From a virus (taxonomy: Duplodnaviria > Caudoviricetes), in IMG/VR virus record IMGVR_UViG_3300034093_000922, positions 1 to 62,295 of that record: a DNA stretch of 62,295 nucleotides, one strand, 5' to 3'. Under the pieces are notes generated by a model. It had not been told where the DNA came from. It saw only the letters and a program-made list of their open reading frames with translations, and searched no databases. Below are positions 19,131 through 28,595 of this stretch, one piece after another (position 1 is the stretch's first letter; every line of letters starts with the position of its first letter). The position numbers and the translations under genes are program-made.

Positions 19131-20504
19131 TTAACCTGCGTTAACGTTAACAGCGTAAGCGTATTTAGCAGAGCTAAGAGCCGCATCAGCAACAGTTGTA
19201 AGAGCTTTGAAGTCAAAACGAGTTGACATATACATAGCTGTTACTTGTTGACGTGGTTCGTACTCAGATTCAATTTCAATACCACGACGTTCTGCGATCA
19301 TAAATCCTGGCTTGTACAGTAGAGTACCTAGAGCGTTAGCAGTTGTACCAACGTTGTCAAGGAATTCAGAAACTACGATTGGAATACCGTAGACAGCGCC
19401 AACAGAACCGGTTAGGTAAGTAGCGTTTGGTCCAAATTTATCAACAGTTTGGAAATCTGAAGTAGTAACTAGGTTGTTATAGCCTTGGATAGATGTAACA
19501 TAAACTAGATCATTTCCTAGTTGTAGGCCATATTTACCCATAGCAGTACGAGCAGCTGCGATATCTGAAGGATCAGCTTTATCGTTTGCTGAACCAGTTG
19601 ATACTGATAGAGAAGCTGATTGAGCTAGCTTAGTAACACCAGTAATAACAGAGGCATAACCGTTAGCAGCACCTACTGTGATAGCATTTGTTGGTGAAGC
19701 TGTAAAGCCTGTTAGAGCGCCTGTACCACGAAGAATAGACTTATCAATAGCGCGAGCTAGACGACGAGTCGCAGCAGCACGTAGGAAATCTAGTAGTGGT
19801 AGAACTGTATCTTCTTCTTCGTCTTTGGCTAGGTGAGTTGTAGCCATAAACTTATGTGGAGTAAAGTCTACAGAAGAGATAGTGTTTTGATTAGAAGTTG
19901 GAACGTTTGTGATGTCACCAATACCGGTAGAGTATGTACCAGATTTGAACATTGCAACATCGCCGTCTGTATCTTCATCAGCAACTGGTACGCGGAATGT
20001 CTTAGCGTCTACTGCTAGACGGTTGAACATAGGAGCAATAACTAGTTGTTGTTCCATTTCTGTGTAGATGTTGGAAGAGAAGTTAGCTAGGAACTGATCT
20101 ACAGTAGTGACAGCCTTCATACGTGAACCGAATTTTGTATCAAATACATCACGCTTGTTTAGCATTTTAGAAAGAAGAACGGCATTAGCCATTTCTTTCT
20201 CAGAGAATTGAGCCCCACGGCTTTGATTCTCTTGATATAGCATTTTGGTTGACTGTAATGCTTTGATTTCATCTTTGTACTTTGAAATCTCGAATTGCAG
20301 CTCTTTAAGCTCTGCTTGTTCTGCATATGAGGCACCACCGCGTAGGTCTTGTGCATCAGCGTTTTTAATAAGTGCTTCACCAGTTTTTTCAACCAGATTT
20401 GCAACTCTAGGATCAGAAACAGTATTAACTGTTTTTCTGTTTTCGACTTGTACAGATTTAGTTGCTTCTGTAAGGTCGATTGTTTCTACGACTTGTTCAG
20501 CCAT
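19131..20504 (-). CDS. Major capsid protein from internal in-frame start (457 aa)
   Basis: AAGGAG-aacgacacc-ATG at Met446 of the fusion ORF; coiled-coil delta domain then HK97 capsid. Confidence 0.7.
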   Translation of the reverse strand: MAEQVVETIDLTEATKSVQVENRKTVNTVSDPRVANLVEKTGEALIKNADAQDLRGGASYAEQAELKELQFEISKYKDEIKALQSTKMLYQENQSRGAQFSEKEMANAVLLSKMLNKRDVFDTKFGSRMKAVTTVDQFLANFSSNIYTEMEQQLVIAPMFNRLAVDAKTFRVPVADEDTDGDVAMFKSGTYSTGIGDITNVPTSNQNTISSVDFTPHKFMATTHLAKDEEEDTVLPLLDFLRAAATRRLARAIDKSILRGTGALTGFTASPTNAITVGAANGYASVITGVTKLAQSASLSVSTGSANDKADPSDIAAARTAMGKYGLQLGNDLVYVTSIQGYNNLVTTSDFQTVDKFGPNATYLTGSVGAVYGIPIVVSEFLDNVGTTANALGTLLYKPGFMIAERRGIEIESEYEPRQQVTAMYMSTRFDFKALTTVADAALSSAKYAYAVNVNAG

Positions 20505-21839
20505 GGTGTCGTTCTCCTTTGTTGAATCTTCGTGAAGCTCTTTGTTTACAATAGCGTCTTCACTAGTATTGTTTTTGTTAGTTTTAGTGACTTGGGAAAT
20601 TTCTTCTGCATTCACATTAAGTACATTATCACAATCTTTACCTTCTGCGTCAATCTCTAAAAATTTAAATATTGGGCTTTGGGCAGTTGCAAGTTTCAGG
20701 ACCTTATACATTTTTTCTTTATAATTTACTAGGTCCCCATTTTGAAGTTCTGCTGTGTCTGCAGATAACAAGCTAACGAAGGGTATTACCTCGTTCGGGT
20801 CACGAGCTTGGAATTCTTCTTCGTCGTCTTTTTCAGCGTCTATTGTTGAAGCTGTATCAGCAGATTTAGTTTCTACTTCATCTGAAATGGCAATAGTTTC
20901 TATAGTAGTATTAATAGTTTTTTCTGAAAGTTCTTCAGAAATAACTTCTACCTCAAAACTAGCTTTTTCAGCTGTTAGTTCAGGAGCATCCACTGTAGCA
21001 GCTTTAGTCTCCTCAACTATATCTTGTTTTGATGTATTCATTGCTTCCTCCTCTGTCGGAGATAACGGTCTTTGGTTAGTTAAAAGACCTTCCTCCATAT
21101 CATGAATTGGCACGCCTACCATGGTAATACTGTGAGAATGCCCTTCAGCTTCTAATAATATACCGTTGACAATTTTATGAGCGTGATTCGTCATATGCGA
21201 AGCGTAAGTTGTTACACCGTTTCCGTTTTCATCAACTTCTACAGTATGATAGTGACCAGAAGCCATATCAGTAATACCAGCTTTAATTCTACGCATTGCT
21301 TTTTGATCATCTTGATCAATTTCTTTAAATTCTTTTACGAATTTACTATAGTCATCCGATGAGTCGAAACTTTTACGGATACTAAATAGAGAATCTTGAT
21401 TGCAAGGAACACTTACAATAGAGATTTCTAGTAATTCTACTTCTGTAATAGTCATAGAATCATCACTGCGATTATACTTACCGTCTTTTACACGAAAACC
21501 AACACTAAAGCTTTTAAGGGCTCCATCTTTAATCAGTGTATGAATTCCGTGATTTGTTTCAGCAGCATCGCTAACTGCACCTTCTACGTAAATACCTTTT
21601 TTATCAACTATTATTTTTTCAATACGCCCGATTGGGCAATCATGTTTATGTTGATATAGCATTACTGGATTTTTTCTATAGTTCTCTACGCCTTTAGCCC
21701 ATGCTTCAGCGGTGACAACGTCACCAGAACGGTCTTTAGTAATAGTATTAGCATATCCAGCAATTTTTAAAGACTTAGAGCCTTTTGAAAAGGATTTAGC
21801 TTCGAAGGAGCTGTTTAAATAAAATGTTTTATCTGTCAT
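19131..21839 (-). CDS. Prohead protease - major capsid protein fusion ORF (HK97 fold)
   Basis: N-terminal IAGYANT..DRSGD..LYQH..PIG..SFSVGF..LLEISIVSVPCN protease; C-terminal capsid domain; no intervening stop. Confidence 0.85.
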   Translation of the reverse strand: MTDKTFYLNSSFEAKSFSKGSKSLKIAGYANTITKDRSGDVVTAEAWAKGVENYRKNPVMLYQHKHDCPIGRIEKIIVDKKGIYVEGAVSDAAETNHGIHTLIKDGALKSFSVGFRVKDGKYNRSDDSMTITEVELLEISIVSVPCNQDSLFSIRKSFDSSDDYSKFVKEFKEIDQDDQKAMRRIKAGITDMASGHYHTVEVDENGNGVTTYASHMTNHAHKIVNGILLEAEGHSHSITMVGVPIHDMEEGLLTNQRPLSPTEEEAMNTSKQDIVEETKAATVDAPELTAEKASFEVEVISEELSEKTINTTIETIAISDEVETKSADTASTIDAEKDDEEEFQARDPNEVIPFVSLLSADTAELQNGDLVNYKEKMYKVLKLATAQSPIFKFLEIDAEGKDCDNVLNVNAEEISQVTKTNKNNTSEDAIVNKELHEDSTKENDTMAEQVVETIDLTEATKSVQVENRKTVNTVSDPRVANLVEKTGEALIKNADAQDLRGGASYAEQAELKELQFEISKYKDEIKALQSTKMLYQENQSRGAQFSEKEMANAVLLSKMLNKRDVFDTKFGSRMKAVTTVDQFLANFSSNIYTEMEQQLVIAPMFNRLAVDAKTFRVPVADEDTDGDVAMFKSGTYSTGIGDITNVPTSNQNTISSVDFTPHKFMATTHLAKDEEEDTVLPLLDFLRAAATRRLARAIDKSILRGTGALTGFTASPTNAITVGAANGYASVITGVTKLAQSASLSVSTGSANDKADPSDIAAARTAMGKYGLQLGNDLVYVTSIQGYNNLVTTSDFQTVDKFGPNATYLTGSVGAVYGIPIVVSEFLDNVGTTANALGTLLYKPGFMIAERRGIEIESEYEPRQQVTAMYMSTRFDFKALTTVADAALSSAKYAYAVNVNAG

Positions 21840-23089
21840 TGAGCACTTCCTTGATCGCTAGTAGCAGTAGGGTCTACTGGTCTACCACCTTGGGAGGCAT
21901 CAGTAGCACTACCCGTAATATTTTGTGGTATTCTTATAGTATCATTTCCATCAAGTTTTGCAAATCTTAATCCTTCACGAGCTTCATTCGGGGTTATAAT
22001 TCCCGTGTTTACCAGAGTAGAGTAGTATAAAGCCTGAGTTCTGTTGTCAGGTTGCAAAGCAGGCACGGAAAGATTATCAGGTCTAATAGTAACACCAGCA
22101 TTAAAGAAATGAGAGAATGCACTACAAAACTGATTTAGCATAGGTAATACAGTGTGTAAATAAAATAACTTTTGATTAGCATCAATATTTGCATTATTAC
22201 CAGATTTAAGTAGTACGTAAGGTACTCCTAAAGCTTTAGACATATCTTGTTGTATACGTTCTATAGAGTCTTCAAAGTCTAACTGATCAAAATTAACAGT
22301 AGAAAACTTATCAATCTTTAAACCACCATCAAGTATAGCAGGATTTCTAGCGCCATCAAATATAGTAGTGTAGGTAGATCTCCAGGCTTCTAGTAGACGT
22401 TCTTTTACTCTTTTGGATAGTATATTATCAGTAGTAAGAACAAATCCTGGTACAGCATTATTCTTAAAGAACTGTCTTTGAAAGTTTATCATATAGTAGT
22501 AAAGCTCGATTAATCTAATAATAGATTTAATCTTAGAAACTCCTCTAAATATAGAAGATTCATTCTCTGCCATTACGTGAATAATCTCATTAGCCTCAAA
22601 GCGAATAGCTGAAGACTTGCGAGTTTGCTTACCATAACCAAATAAGTCAGAACTACGCTGATTAGATACTAAATAGTTATAGTGTGATACAAAAGTTTTT
22701 GGATCAGGAACTATTTCAACATCGTTAGCTGGTAGTAAGTATAGGTCATTACCATCATAATAGAAGAAAGCATTACCATCTAGGTAGAAATCTAAAAATG
22801 CGCGTCTAAATAGACGTACTCTATCTTCAAAAGGATTGGGTTTAACATTAAGTAGTTTATTTACTTTTTTTGCCGGACCTGCGCCTTCAACTATGAACGG
22901 AATCTCTGCACAAGCATTGATTACTAAATCAATAGCTCTATGGACTATCTCAATCTCTCTATAAGCTTGCTCGTATTCTACAATAGTTTCTGGGCTTGCA
23001 TATGGCTCTAGAGACGCAATAGACGCCTGAGCTGGATTCAGCTTTTCTGATAACCATTGTCTCCACTGAGGTGTTTCTTTAATTGCCAT
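21836..23089 (-). CDS. Portal protein (HK97/T5 pb7-like)
   Basis: LLN.KPNP, LDGNAF, FF.NNAVPG, ALGVP..LL, GIITPNEAR. Confidence 0.92.
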   Translation of the reverse strand: MAIKETPQWRQWLSEKLNPAQASIASLEPYASPETIVEYEQAYREIEIVHRAIDLVINACAEIPFIVEGAGPAKKVNKLLNVKPNPFEDRVRLFRRAFLDFYLDGNAFFYYDGNDLYLLPANDVEIVPDPKTFVSHYNYLVSNQRSSDLFGYGKQTRKSSAIRFEANEIIHVMAENESSIFRGVSKIKSIIRLIELYYYMINFQRQFFKNNAVPGFVLTTDNILSKRVKERLLEAWRSTYTTIFDGARNPAILDGGLKIDKFSTVNFDQLDFEDSIERIQQDMSKALGVPYVLLKSGNNANIDANQKLFYLHTVLPMLNQFCSAFSHFFNAGVTIRPDNLSVPALQPDNRTQALYYSTLVNTGIITPNEAREGLRFAKLDGNDTIRIPQNITGSATDASQGGRPVDPTATSDQGSAQ

Positions 23090-23456
23090 TTTTCGCCTTC
23101 TGAGTTTCTAACCAGTTCCTAATCTTAGATACTAAATGGTTAGAGTACTTTTGTCCATATAAATTATGTAACTGTTTGTGGTGCTTATCACACAGTGTGA
23201 ATAGATTATCATTATCTAAATCTTCTTTGCAATCTTCTGCAAAGGTTACTCTTAGTTGTTTAATAACATCGACATCTTGAATATCTCTGATCTTATTAAC
23301 AGTGCACCATTTTTCAAATAACTGACTTACGCTATATAAGTGATGTAATTCTAGTTTTTCTGTAGAACCACAGATATAACACATATCGCGTATTTTATAG
23401 TCTTTTTTAATATAATCTCTTATATATTTTACTGGAAATCTTTTTAGTGTATTCAT
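23079..23456 (-). CDS. HNH nicking endonuclease (T5-type, next to portal)
   Basis: KYIRD..K..Y..C.ICG..LELHH..TLC..HH..LH; same position as in T5. Confidence 0.75.
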   Translation of the reverse strand: MNTLKRFPVKYIRDYIKKDYKIRDMCYICGSTEKLELHHLYSVSQLFEKWCTVNKIRDIQDVDVIKQLRVTFAEDCKEDLDNDNLFTLCDKHHKQLHNLYGQKYSNHLVSKIRNWLETQKAKNGN

Positions 23457-24115
23457 GTTAATACATTTTTGGAATCTGTCCAACCTATATTTTTAAAGTT
23501 TTGTAAAACATTCCACCTCTTTACGAAATGAGTGGAGTCTTTATTTAAGCCTACATCTCCTTCTGGTAAATTTAATATATTTCCAGAAACAGTACTTAAC
23601 TTATTAATATTACACTTATTTCGGACCAAGTAGCTAACAATAATGTCATCTCCACGCTCTGGATACCCTATTTTTACTAAATCATCTTTTATGCTATCAA
23701 GAGCGGATTGCTTTATTAGAACTGCTGATCCTACTAAAAAATCTACAGCAGCGTCTACGCACCAGTGATCTATTAAAGTAGAGTAACTAGTAGCTTTATC
23801 TACATTAGACTTACCATATATACCAACCATAGGCTCATTCTTCTTATACATGCGCTTTATAGTATCAATAGAAGGTAGTAAGTCATCGTCTAATACCAGT
23901 TTATACGGTTCTGGATATTCGTAACAACGTAGCCAACGCTCCATACACTTATAGTTTGTATCGTTATTTATAACATCAATATCTCCGCCAAGCACAGGAA
24001 AATGTTCAGATGGATTATTATTTATAACGGTAATAGGGAACTTATCTTTATAGGCTGATATTATCTTATGTACATTATCTGGCCTTTTATAGTTTAAGAT
24101 AACTACTCTAAGCAT
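23453..24115 (-). CDS. GT-A fold glycosyltransferase
   Basis: VVILNYKRP..INN..LVLDDD (DxD)..GDDI. Confidence 0.7.
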   Translation of the reverse strand: MLRVVILNYKRPDNVHKIISAYKDKFPITVINNNPSEHFPVLGGDIDVINNDTNYKCMERWLRCYEYPEPYKLVLDDDLLPSIDTIKRMYKKNEPMVGIYGKSNVDKATSYSTLIDHWCVDAAVDFLVGSAVLIKQSALDSIKDDLVKIGYPERGDDIIVSYLVRNKCNINKLSTVSGNILNLPEGDVGLNKDSTHFVKRWNVLQNFKNIGWTDSKNVLT

Positions 24116-25349
24116 ATATGCTCATACCACTCATTTTATGATGTGTATATATACCATATCTAACAGCGTCGCAAGGGTGAGAAGCCCAATTATGTACAGG
24201 TTTAGGTATTTCAGTATTCTGATTCCAAGAATAAGCGGACATAGCTCCAAATGTGTGAGAAGCACCCTCGGTATCAAAAAATATCTTATCATTCTCTAGC
24301 AAAGACTGTAAGAATGTTATACCATCATTAACAGATTTAATAGCATTCTCACAGTAGATATCAAAATCATAAGCAAAATCAGCTTTTACCTGCTGTGCGG
24401 CAGAGTCAATGTATATAGTTTCTATTCCCCATTGATCTATCTTTTCTTTTATAACCTTAGCTAGCTCTGAGGTGGTAGATTCTTTAGATACATACTCGTC
24501 TAGTATATAGTATTTTTCGTCAGAACAGCCAATAACTACAAATACGTTCTCATCTCTATAACCAACGTCTAGTCCTGCTATTACTTCAGAGTAACTTTGG
24601 TCAGCACAGTCTATTATATGCTTTTCTTCACTTATAGCATCAAATATCTGTGACTCAGTAGTAGTCCATTCGCACTCATATTCTTGTAAATATAGTGCCT
24701 TAGTCATAGCTTTACGAGCTTCTTCTACGTCTTTCTCAGATAATAGAGGGTTAGCTCTCCAGCTAAACTTAGCTGAGCCCCAGTCTTCAAACTCAGGATC
24801 ATCCCCGCGTAAGAAGTAATCGTATAAGTAGTTACCTTTACCACGTGGTGTAGAAATCCATAAGCATCTAGAATCTTTGAAAGTAGATAGCGCAGGTCTA
24901 AGGTCTCTAGTAAAGTATTCATCGTTAGGAATAATTGCAGCTTCGTCTACGATTAGTAGATTAGCAGCACGACCAACTAATGAGTCACGGTTATTAGCAG
25001 ATAGTAGTCTAAATATAGAACCGTTTATAAGCTTAACAACTTTATCTTTTTGGTTAAATTTTTCAACTTCAATATCCATTTGTCTAATTAAATCAGTAAC
25101 ATAATCCCAGATAATAGAAGAAAGAGAGAAGTTAGGAGCAACAACCATTACCTGTTGTCCAGGCTCTAGTAGTTTAGCAAAAGCTAGAATAGCAGCTCCG
25201 TAAGACTTACCAGTACGACGACCAGCAATATGTACAAAGAAGCGATGCTCATTAAGACCGTCAATCATAGCCTTTTGAGACTCATTAAACTCTACAGGTC
25301 TTGGAAGTTTTTCTAGCAGTTTATCAATCGGAAGTCTAAAAAAGCTCAT
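24108..25349 (-). CDS. terL: Terminase large subunit
   Basis: GRRTGKS Walker A, LIVDEAA Walker B, ISTPRG, GLDVGY.D and H..DAVRY nuclease motifs; start set at MSFF. Confidence 0.93.
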   Translation of the reverse strand: MSFFRLPIDKLLEKLPRPVEFNESQKAMIDGLNEHRFFVHIAGRRTGKSYGAAILAFAKLLEPGQQVMVVAPNFSLSSIIWDYVTDLIRQMDIEVEKFNQKDKVVKLINGSIFRLLSANNRDSLVGRAANLLIVDEAAIIPNDEYFTRDLRPALSTFKDSRCLWISTPRGKGNYLYDYFLRGDDPEFEDWGSAKFSWRANPLLSEKDVEEARKAMTKALYLQEYECEWTTTESQIFDAISEEKHIIDCADQSYSEVIAGLDVGYRDENVFVVIGCSDEKYYILDEYVSKESTTSELAKVIKEKIDQWGIETIYIDSAAQQVKADFAYDFDIYCENAIKSVNDGITFLQSLLENDKIFFDTEGASHTFGAMSAYSWNQNTEIPKPVHNWASHPCDAVRYGIYTHHKMSGMSIYA

Positions 25350-25648
25350 TTTGTAAAATAATCTGATACCATTAAAAAGTAGCCTGTTATGGCGGCTACT
25401 GCACCTCCTACCCATAATAGGGTAGCAATAGAAGTTCTGCCTCGAGTAGCTAGCTCTTGAAGAGTAGCTATAGCGCTGTGAAGCTGAGACATGTTGGTGG
25501 ACATATCTTCTAAGGTTTGAGAAATGTGTTTATAGCGCTCTTCGCACACAGCTTCGTGAGAAGAAATTTCAGTGCTATTACTAGTAGTTCTATCGTGTAA
25601 TCTGTCTAGCTCTGAACGAATTTGATCTAGTTCTCTAATCTCTGCCAT
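25346..25648 (-). CDS. Coiled-coil protein with C-terminal TM helix (XhlA/holin-like)
   Basis: SHEAVCEERY..I, coiled coil, then hydrophobic helix. Confidence 0.5.
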   Translation of the reverse strand: MAEIRELDQIRSELDRLHDRTTSNSTEISSHEAVCEERYKHISQTLEDMSTNMSQLHSAIATLQELATRGRTSIATLLWVGGAVAAITGYFLMVSDYFTK

Positions 25649-25652
25649 AGCA

Positions 25653-26633
25653 TTACAACTTAATAATGAAGTTTGTAACTTCATAAGGTAAGACGATAGT
25701 AGTTGTGTGATTTGCTACAGTTAGTGCTGGAATGGTTAGTGCTGGAATAGAAAGTCCCGGTATAGTGTGAGTATGCGAGGCAGTGTTCATAGTAGGTATA
25801 GTAAGTGCTGGAATGGTAAGAGCAGGAACAGTAAGAGCAGGGATGGTAAGAGCAGGAACAGTAAGAGCAGGAACTGTAAGAGCAGGAACTGTAAGAGCAG
25901 GGATGGTATGAGTGTGACCAGCAGTATTAACAGAATTTACTACAGTAGCTAGTGAGGAGTCTTTTGCAGAAGCAGCAACGCTCGCAGTACCCACTGTGAT
26001 AGTTTGAGTAGTAGAACCAGTAGTACCTGTACCAGTATTACCTGTACCAGTATTACTTGCAACAGTAGCACCTGCAACAGTAGAACTTGCACCAGTAGTA
26101 CCTGTACCAGTATTACTTGCAACAGTAGTATAAGTAGCTGCTGGAATAACTGCTACTGTTCCACCACTAGTTCCTGTACCCGTAGTACTTGTACCTGTAT
26201 TAGAAGCAGCAGTTAGTACACCTGTGATGTTAGAAGAAGTGATAGTGCCACTTGCGGCAGCAGCTGTACCTGTAGCACCTAGAGTAGCATTATTAGTGCC
26301 TTTACCTAGAGTAAGGCGATCACGCATTTCAGGAAGGTTAAAAGTTGTAGTACCATCACCAACTCCAAACCCAGTACCGATAACAGCAAATAGCCTAGCA
26401 TAAGTTGTACGAGAAACGGCAGTAGCATCGCAAAGTAACCACCCAGCAGGAGCAGTAGCTCCACCATAGGCTACTATAGTACCTGCAGGAATAACTTCAT
26501 AACCACCAGCAGTAGATCCATCGTGAATTCTAAGGTTTTTAGAACTTGTATCAATAGAGATCTCACCAGCAGCTCCAGTAAATGAATTATTCTGTGCTGT
26601 TGTACCTCTTCTAAATTGTAGCTGTGTAGCCAT
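25653..26633 (-). CDS. Tail fibre protein (MTD-like N-terminus, tail collar domain, HxH motifs)
   Basis: QLQFRRGT..F.GA.GE; P.GWLLCD..VSRTTYA.LFAVIGT..GDG.TTFNLP; HTHT x2. Confidence 0.8.
   Translation of the reverse strand: MATQLQFRRGTTAQNNSFTGAAGEISIDTSSKNLRIHDGSTAGGYEVIPAGTIVAYGGATAPAGWLLCDATAVSRTTYARLFAVIGTGFGVGDGTTTFNLPEMRDRLTLGKGTNNATLGATGTAAAASGTITSSNITGVLTAASNTGTSTTGTGTSGGTVAVIPAATYTTVASNTGTGTTGASSTVAGATVASNTGTGNTGTGTTGSTTQTITVGTASVAASAKDSSLATVVNSVNTAGHTHTIPALTVPALTVPALTVPALTIPALTVPALTIPALTIPTMNTASHTHTIPGLSIPALTIPALTVANHTTTIVLPYEVTNFIIKL
25796..25905 (-). repeat. 15-bp coding tandem repeat (PALTV/I)
   Basis: About 7 copies of gtaagagcagga(a/t)ca. Confidence 0.85.
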
Positions 26634-26658
26634 TATTTACTCCTTAAAATTTATTAGT

Positions 26659-26850
26659 TTACGTAAGTGCGCCAAGGTCAAAAGTACCACCGACAGTAAG
26701 ATTGTTTCCTACTACTACAGTACCGCCTACTTGCACATTACCTGTACTTGTACCATTGCCAACAGTTACTGTGGCATTAGACTCAACTTTAAATTTATTG
26801 GTTGCATCTAGGCCGAGGCCGCCCATATATGCTGAAACTTTTTGTGTCAT
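26659..26850 (-). CDS. Small virion-associated protein
   Basis: Beta-rich Gly/Val/Thr sequence; DLGALT end similar to neighbour's DLGVLT. Confidence 0.55.
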   Translation of the reverse strand: MTQKVSAYMGGLGLDATNKFKVESNATVTVGNGTSTGNVQVGGTVVVGNNLTVGGTFDLGALT

Positions 26851-26857
26851 GTCATTC

Positions 26858-26886
26858 CTTATACCATGTTAAAATTTAGTAGTCAA
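26858..26886 (-). promoter_or_regulatory. Sigma70-type promoter
   Basis: TTGACT-17-TATAAG. Confidence 0.6.
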
Positions 26887-26891
26887 CTTAT

Positions 26892-27596
26892 TTATGTAAG
26901 AACACCTAGATCGATAGATCCTACTATAATTAGTGTATTTGATGTATTTGTGCCTATTGTTACGTTCCCGCTTACCACTACATTTCTATTAAAAGTGGTA
27001 GTAACCCCAGTAAAAGCTGTAGTGCCATTAGTTATATTAGTTACGTTACTTTGTACTGTATTAATATTAGTAACAGCCGTAGCCACGTTACTTTGTACTG
27101 AGTTTACGTTAGCAGCTATAGTATTTACAGATGTAGTAAGGCTTGTTAAATTACTTTGTACTAAGTTAATAGAAGCTGCAGTAGCAACGGAAGACCAGAA
27201 TATTCCATTAGCATTAGAAGTAAGAACCTGACCAGACGTACCTACAGACCCATTAGCATATATAGCACCTGTTATACCTACAGCACCATTAACATATAGC
27301 TTAACGTTACTAGGATTAGTTGCAGAACCGATCAACACATTGCCAAATGTTTCTGCTAACCTAACATCGCCTGTATCGTACACTTCTATAGATGGTACGC
27401 CGGAAATATCATTAACAGCAAATATAGTACCAGTCATAGTATCAGCTATAGAAAATAGCTGACCAGACGAACCACTGAACGATAGCACGTTAGACTGTAA
27501 ATAACTAATCTGCAGATTAGAATTTACTGTTTTATTATTAAACGTTATGTTAGCAGTAGTTATACCGCTTTTTACTTTAAAGAATTTTTCTGACAT
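26892..27596 (-). CDS. Fibre/structural protein
   Basis: FKVK.G start, LSFSGSSGQLFSI.D..G..F.VNDISG.P, and the same coiled-coil repeat as 29982..31895. Confidence 0.65.
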   Translation of the reverse strand: MSEKFFKVKSGITTANITFNNKTVNSNLQISYLQSNVLSFSGSSGQLFSIADTMTGTIFAVNDISGVPSIEVYDTGDVRLAETFGNVLIGSATNPSNVKLYVNGAVGITGAIYANGSVGTSGQVLTSNANGIFWSSVATAASINLVQSNLTSLTTSVNTIAANVNSVQSNVATAVTNINTVQSNVTNITNGTTAFTGVTTTFNRNVVVSGNVTIGTNTSNTLIIVGSIDLGVLT

Positions 27597-27628
27597 GGTT
27601 CACTTTCCCCATATGTATAGATTTTTAT

Positions 27629-27883
27629 TTATAGTTCTTCTATTGATGAAGTCCATTCTAGAGAAGAAAGAAGTTCTAAAATTTCACCATAAGAGTATTC
27701 TTGGCTTTTGTTTGCTATAGTAGAAATGCTTGAGGGCATATCACCTTCATATTTTATAAAAGTTTTAGTACCATCTACGCTGTAACGACAGGTTTCAGCA
27801 CTTGTTTCTAACACCTGTGTAAAGTCTACATTTGCAATTTCTGCAGCTGGTATTATTATATATTTTCTATCTTCAAATGCCAT
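27629..27883 (-). CDS. Conserved small phage protein found beside LamG genes
   Basis: VDF.QVLETSAET.R.S.DG.KTF.KY.G.MP; start set at MAFED. Confidence 0.6.
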   Translation of the reverse strand: MAFEDRKYIIIPAAEIANVDFTQVLETSAETCRYSVDGTKTFIKYEGDMPSSISTIANKSQEYSYGEILELLSSLEWTSSIEEL

Positions 27884-28595
27884 ATCGGCTCCTTGTTGCT
27901 TCAAAATTTTGTGTAATTTCTAACGCAGTTAGAGCACGGTTGTATATTTTAAATATTGAAGCACCTCCTAGAATTGCTTGCTCTGGTCTTGACGTGGGAT
28001 CACCATCATATGGATATAAACTCATTAACGTAAGAGAAATATTTAAATCACCGGAAGATGGTGCGTCTGAAATTTCACTATGATTCGTATATCCAATAGA
28101 TAATACACCATTTACATATACAGCTTTCTGCGTTTCATTTGCAATTGCGACAATGTGTTTCCAATTCCCATCTGCGATTGAAGTAAATGAAAGAGAATGA
28201 AATGTGGCAACTTGCGTAATAAAGGCTGATGCTGTTATTCTATAGTTATAATTACCAGAACCATTCCAAGGTTTTGATATAATATTTCCTGCCGTATCTG
28301 ATGTTTTGACCCAACATTCTATTGATAGAATTTTATGACCAGTAGTTCCTACGGGAGCCCACGAGTATTTTCTAGATGTTGATACTATATGTACTCTATC
28401 ATTTGTACCATCAAATACTATAGAACCATTATTTGTACTATCATAAGTTGGGCCATTGGTTAAGGTGCCGTTATTACCTACACCGCTAAGATCGTTCCAA
28501 GCGGTACCTGATCTAGGATACGACCTTTGGTTAGAGGCATCTAAGTGCAGCACTAGTCCATTATTTACTGGTTCAGGGCCTACAAAACAACTCAT
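27873..28595 (-). CDS. LamG/ConA-like lectin domain protein 3
   Basis: GLVLHLDA..SYP.SG..W.DLSG.GN.GTL.NGPT..FDG.ND..YNRAL...EI.QNF. Confidence 0.8.
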   Translation of the reverse strand: MSCFVGPEPVNNGLVLHLDASNQRSYPRSGTAWNDLSGVGNNGTLTNGPTYDSTNNGSIVFDGTNDRVHIVSTSRKYSWAPVGTTGHKILSIECWVKTSDTAGNIISKPWNGSGNYNYRITASAFITQVATFHSLSFTSIADGNWKHIVAIANETQKAVYVNGVLSIGYTNHSEISDAPSSGDLNISLTLMSLYPYDGDPTSRPEQAILGGASIFKIYNRALTALEITQNFEATRSRYGI

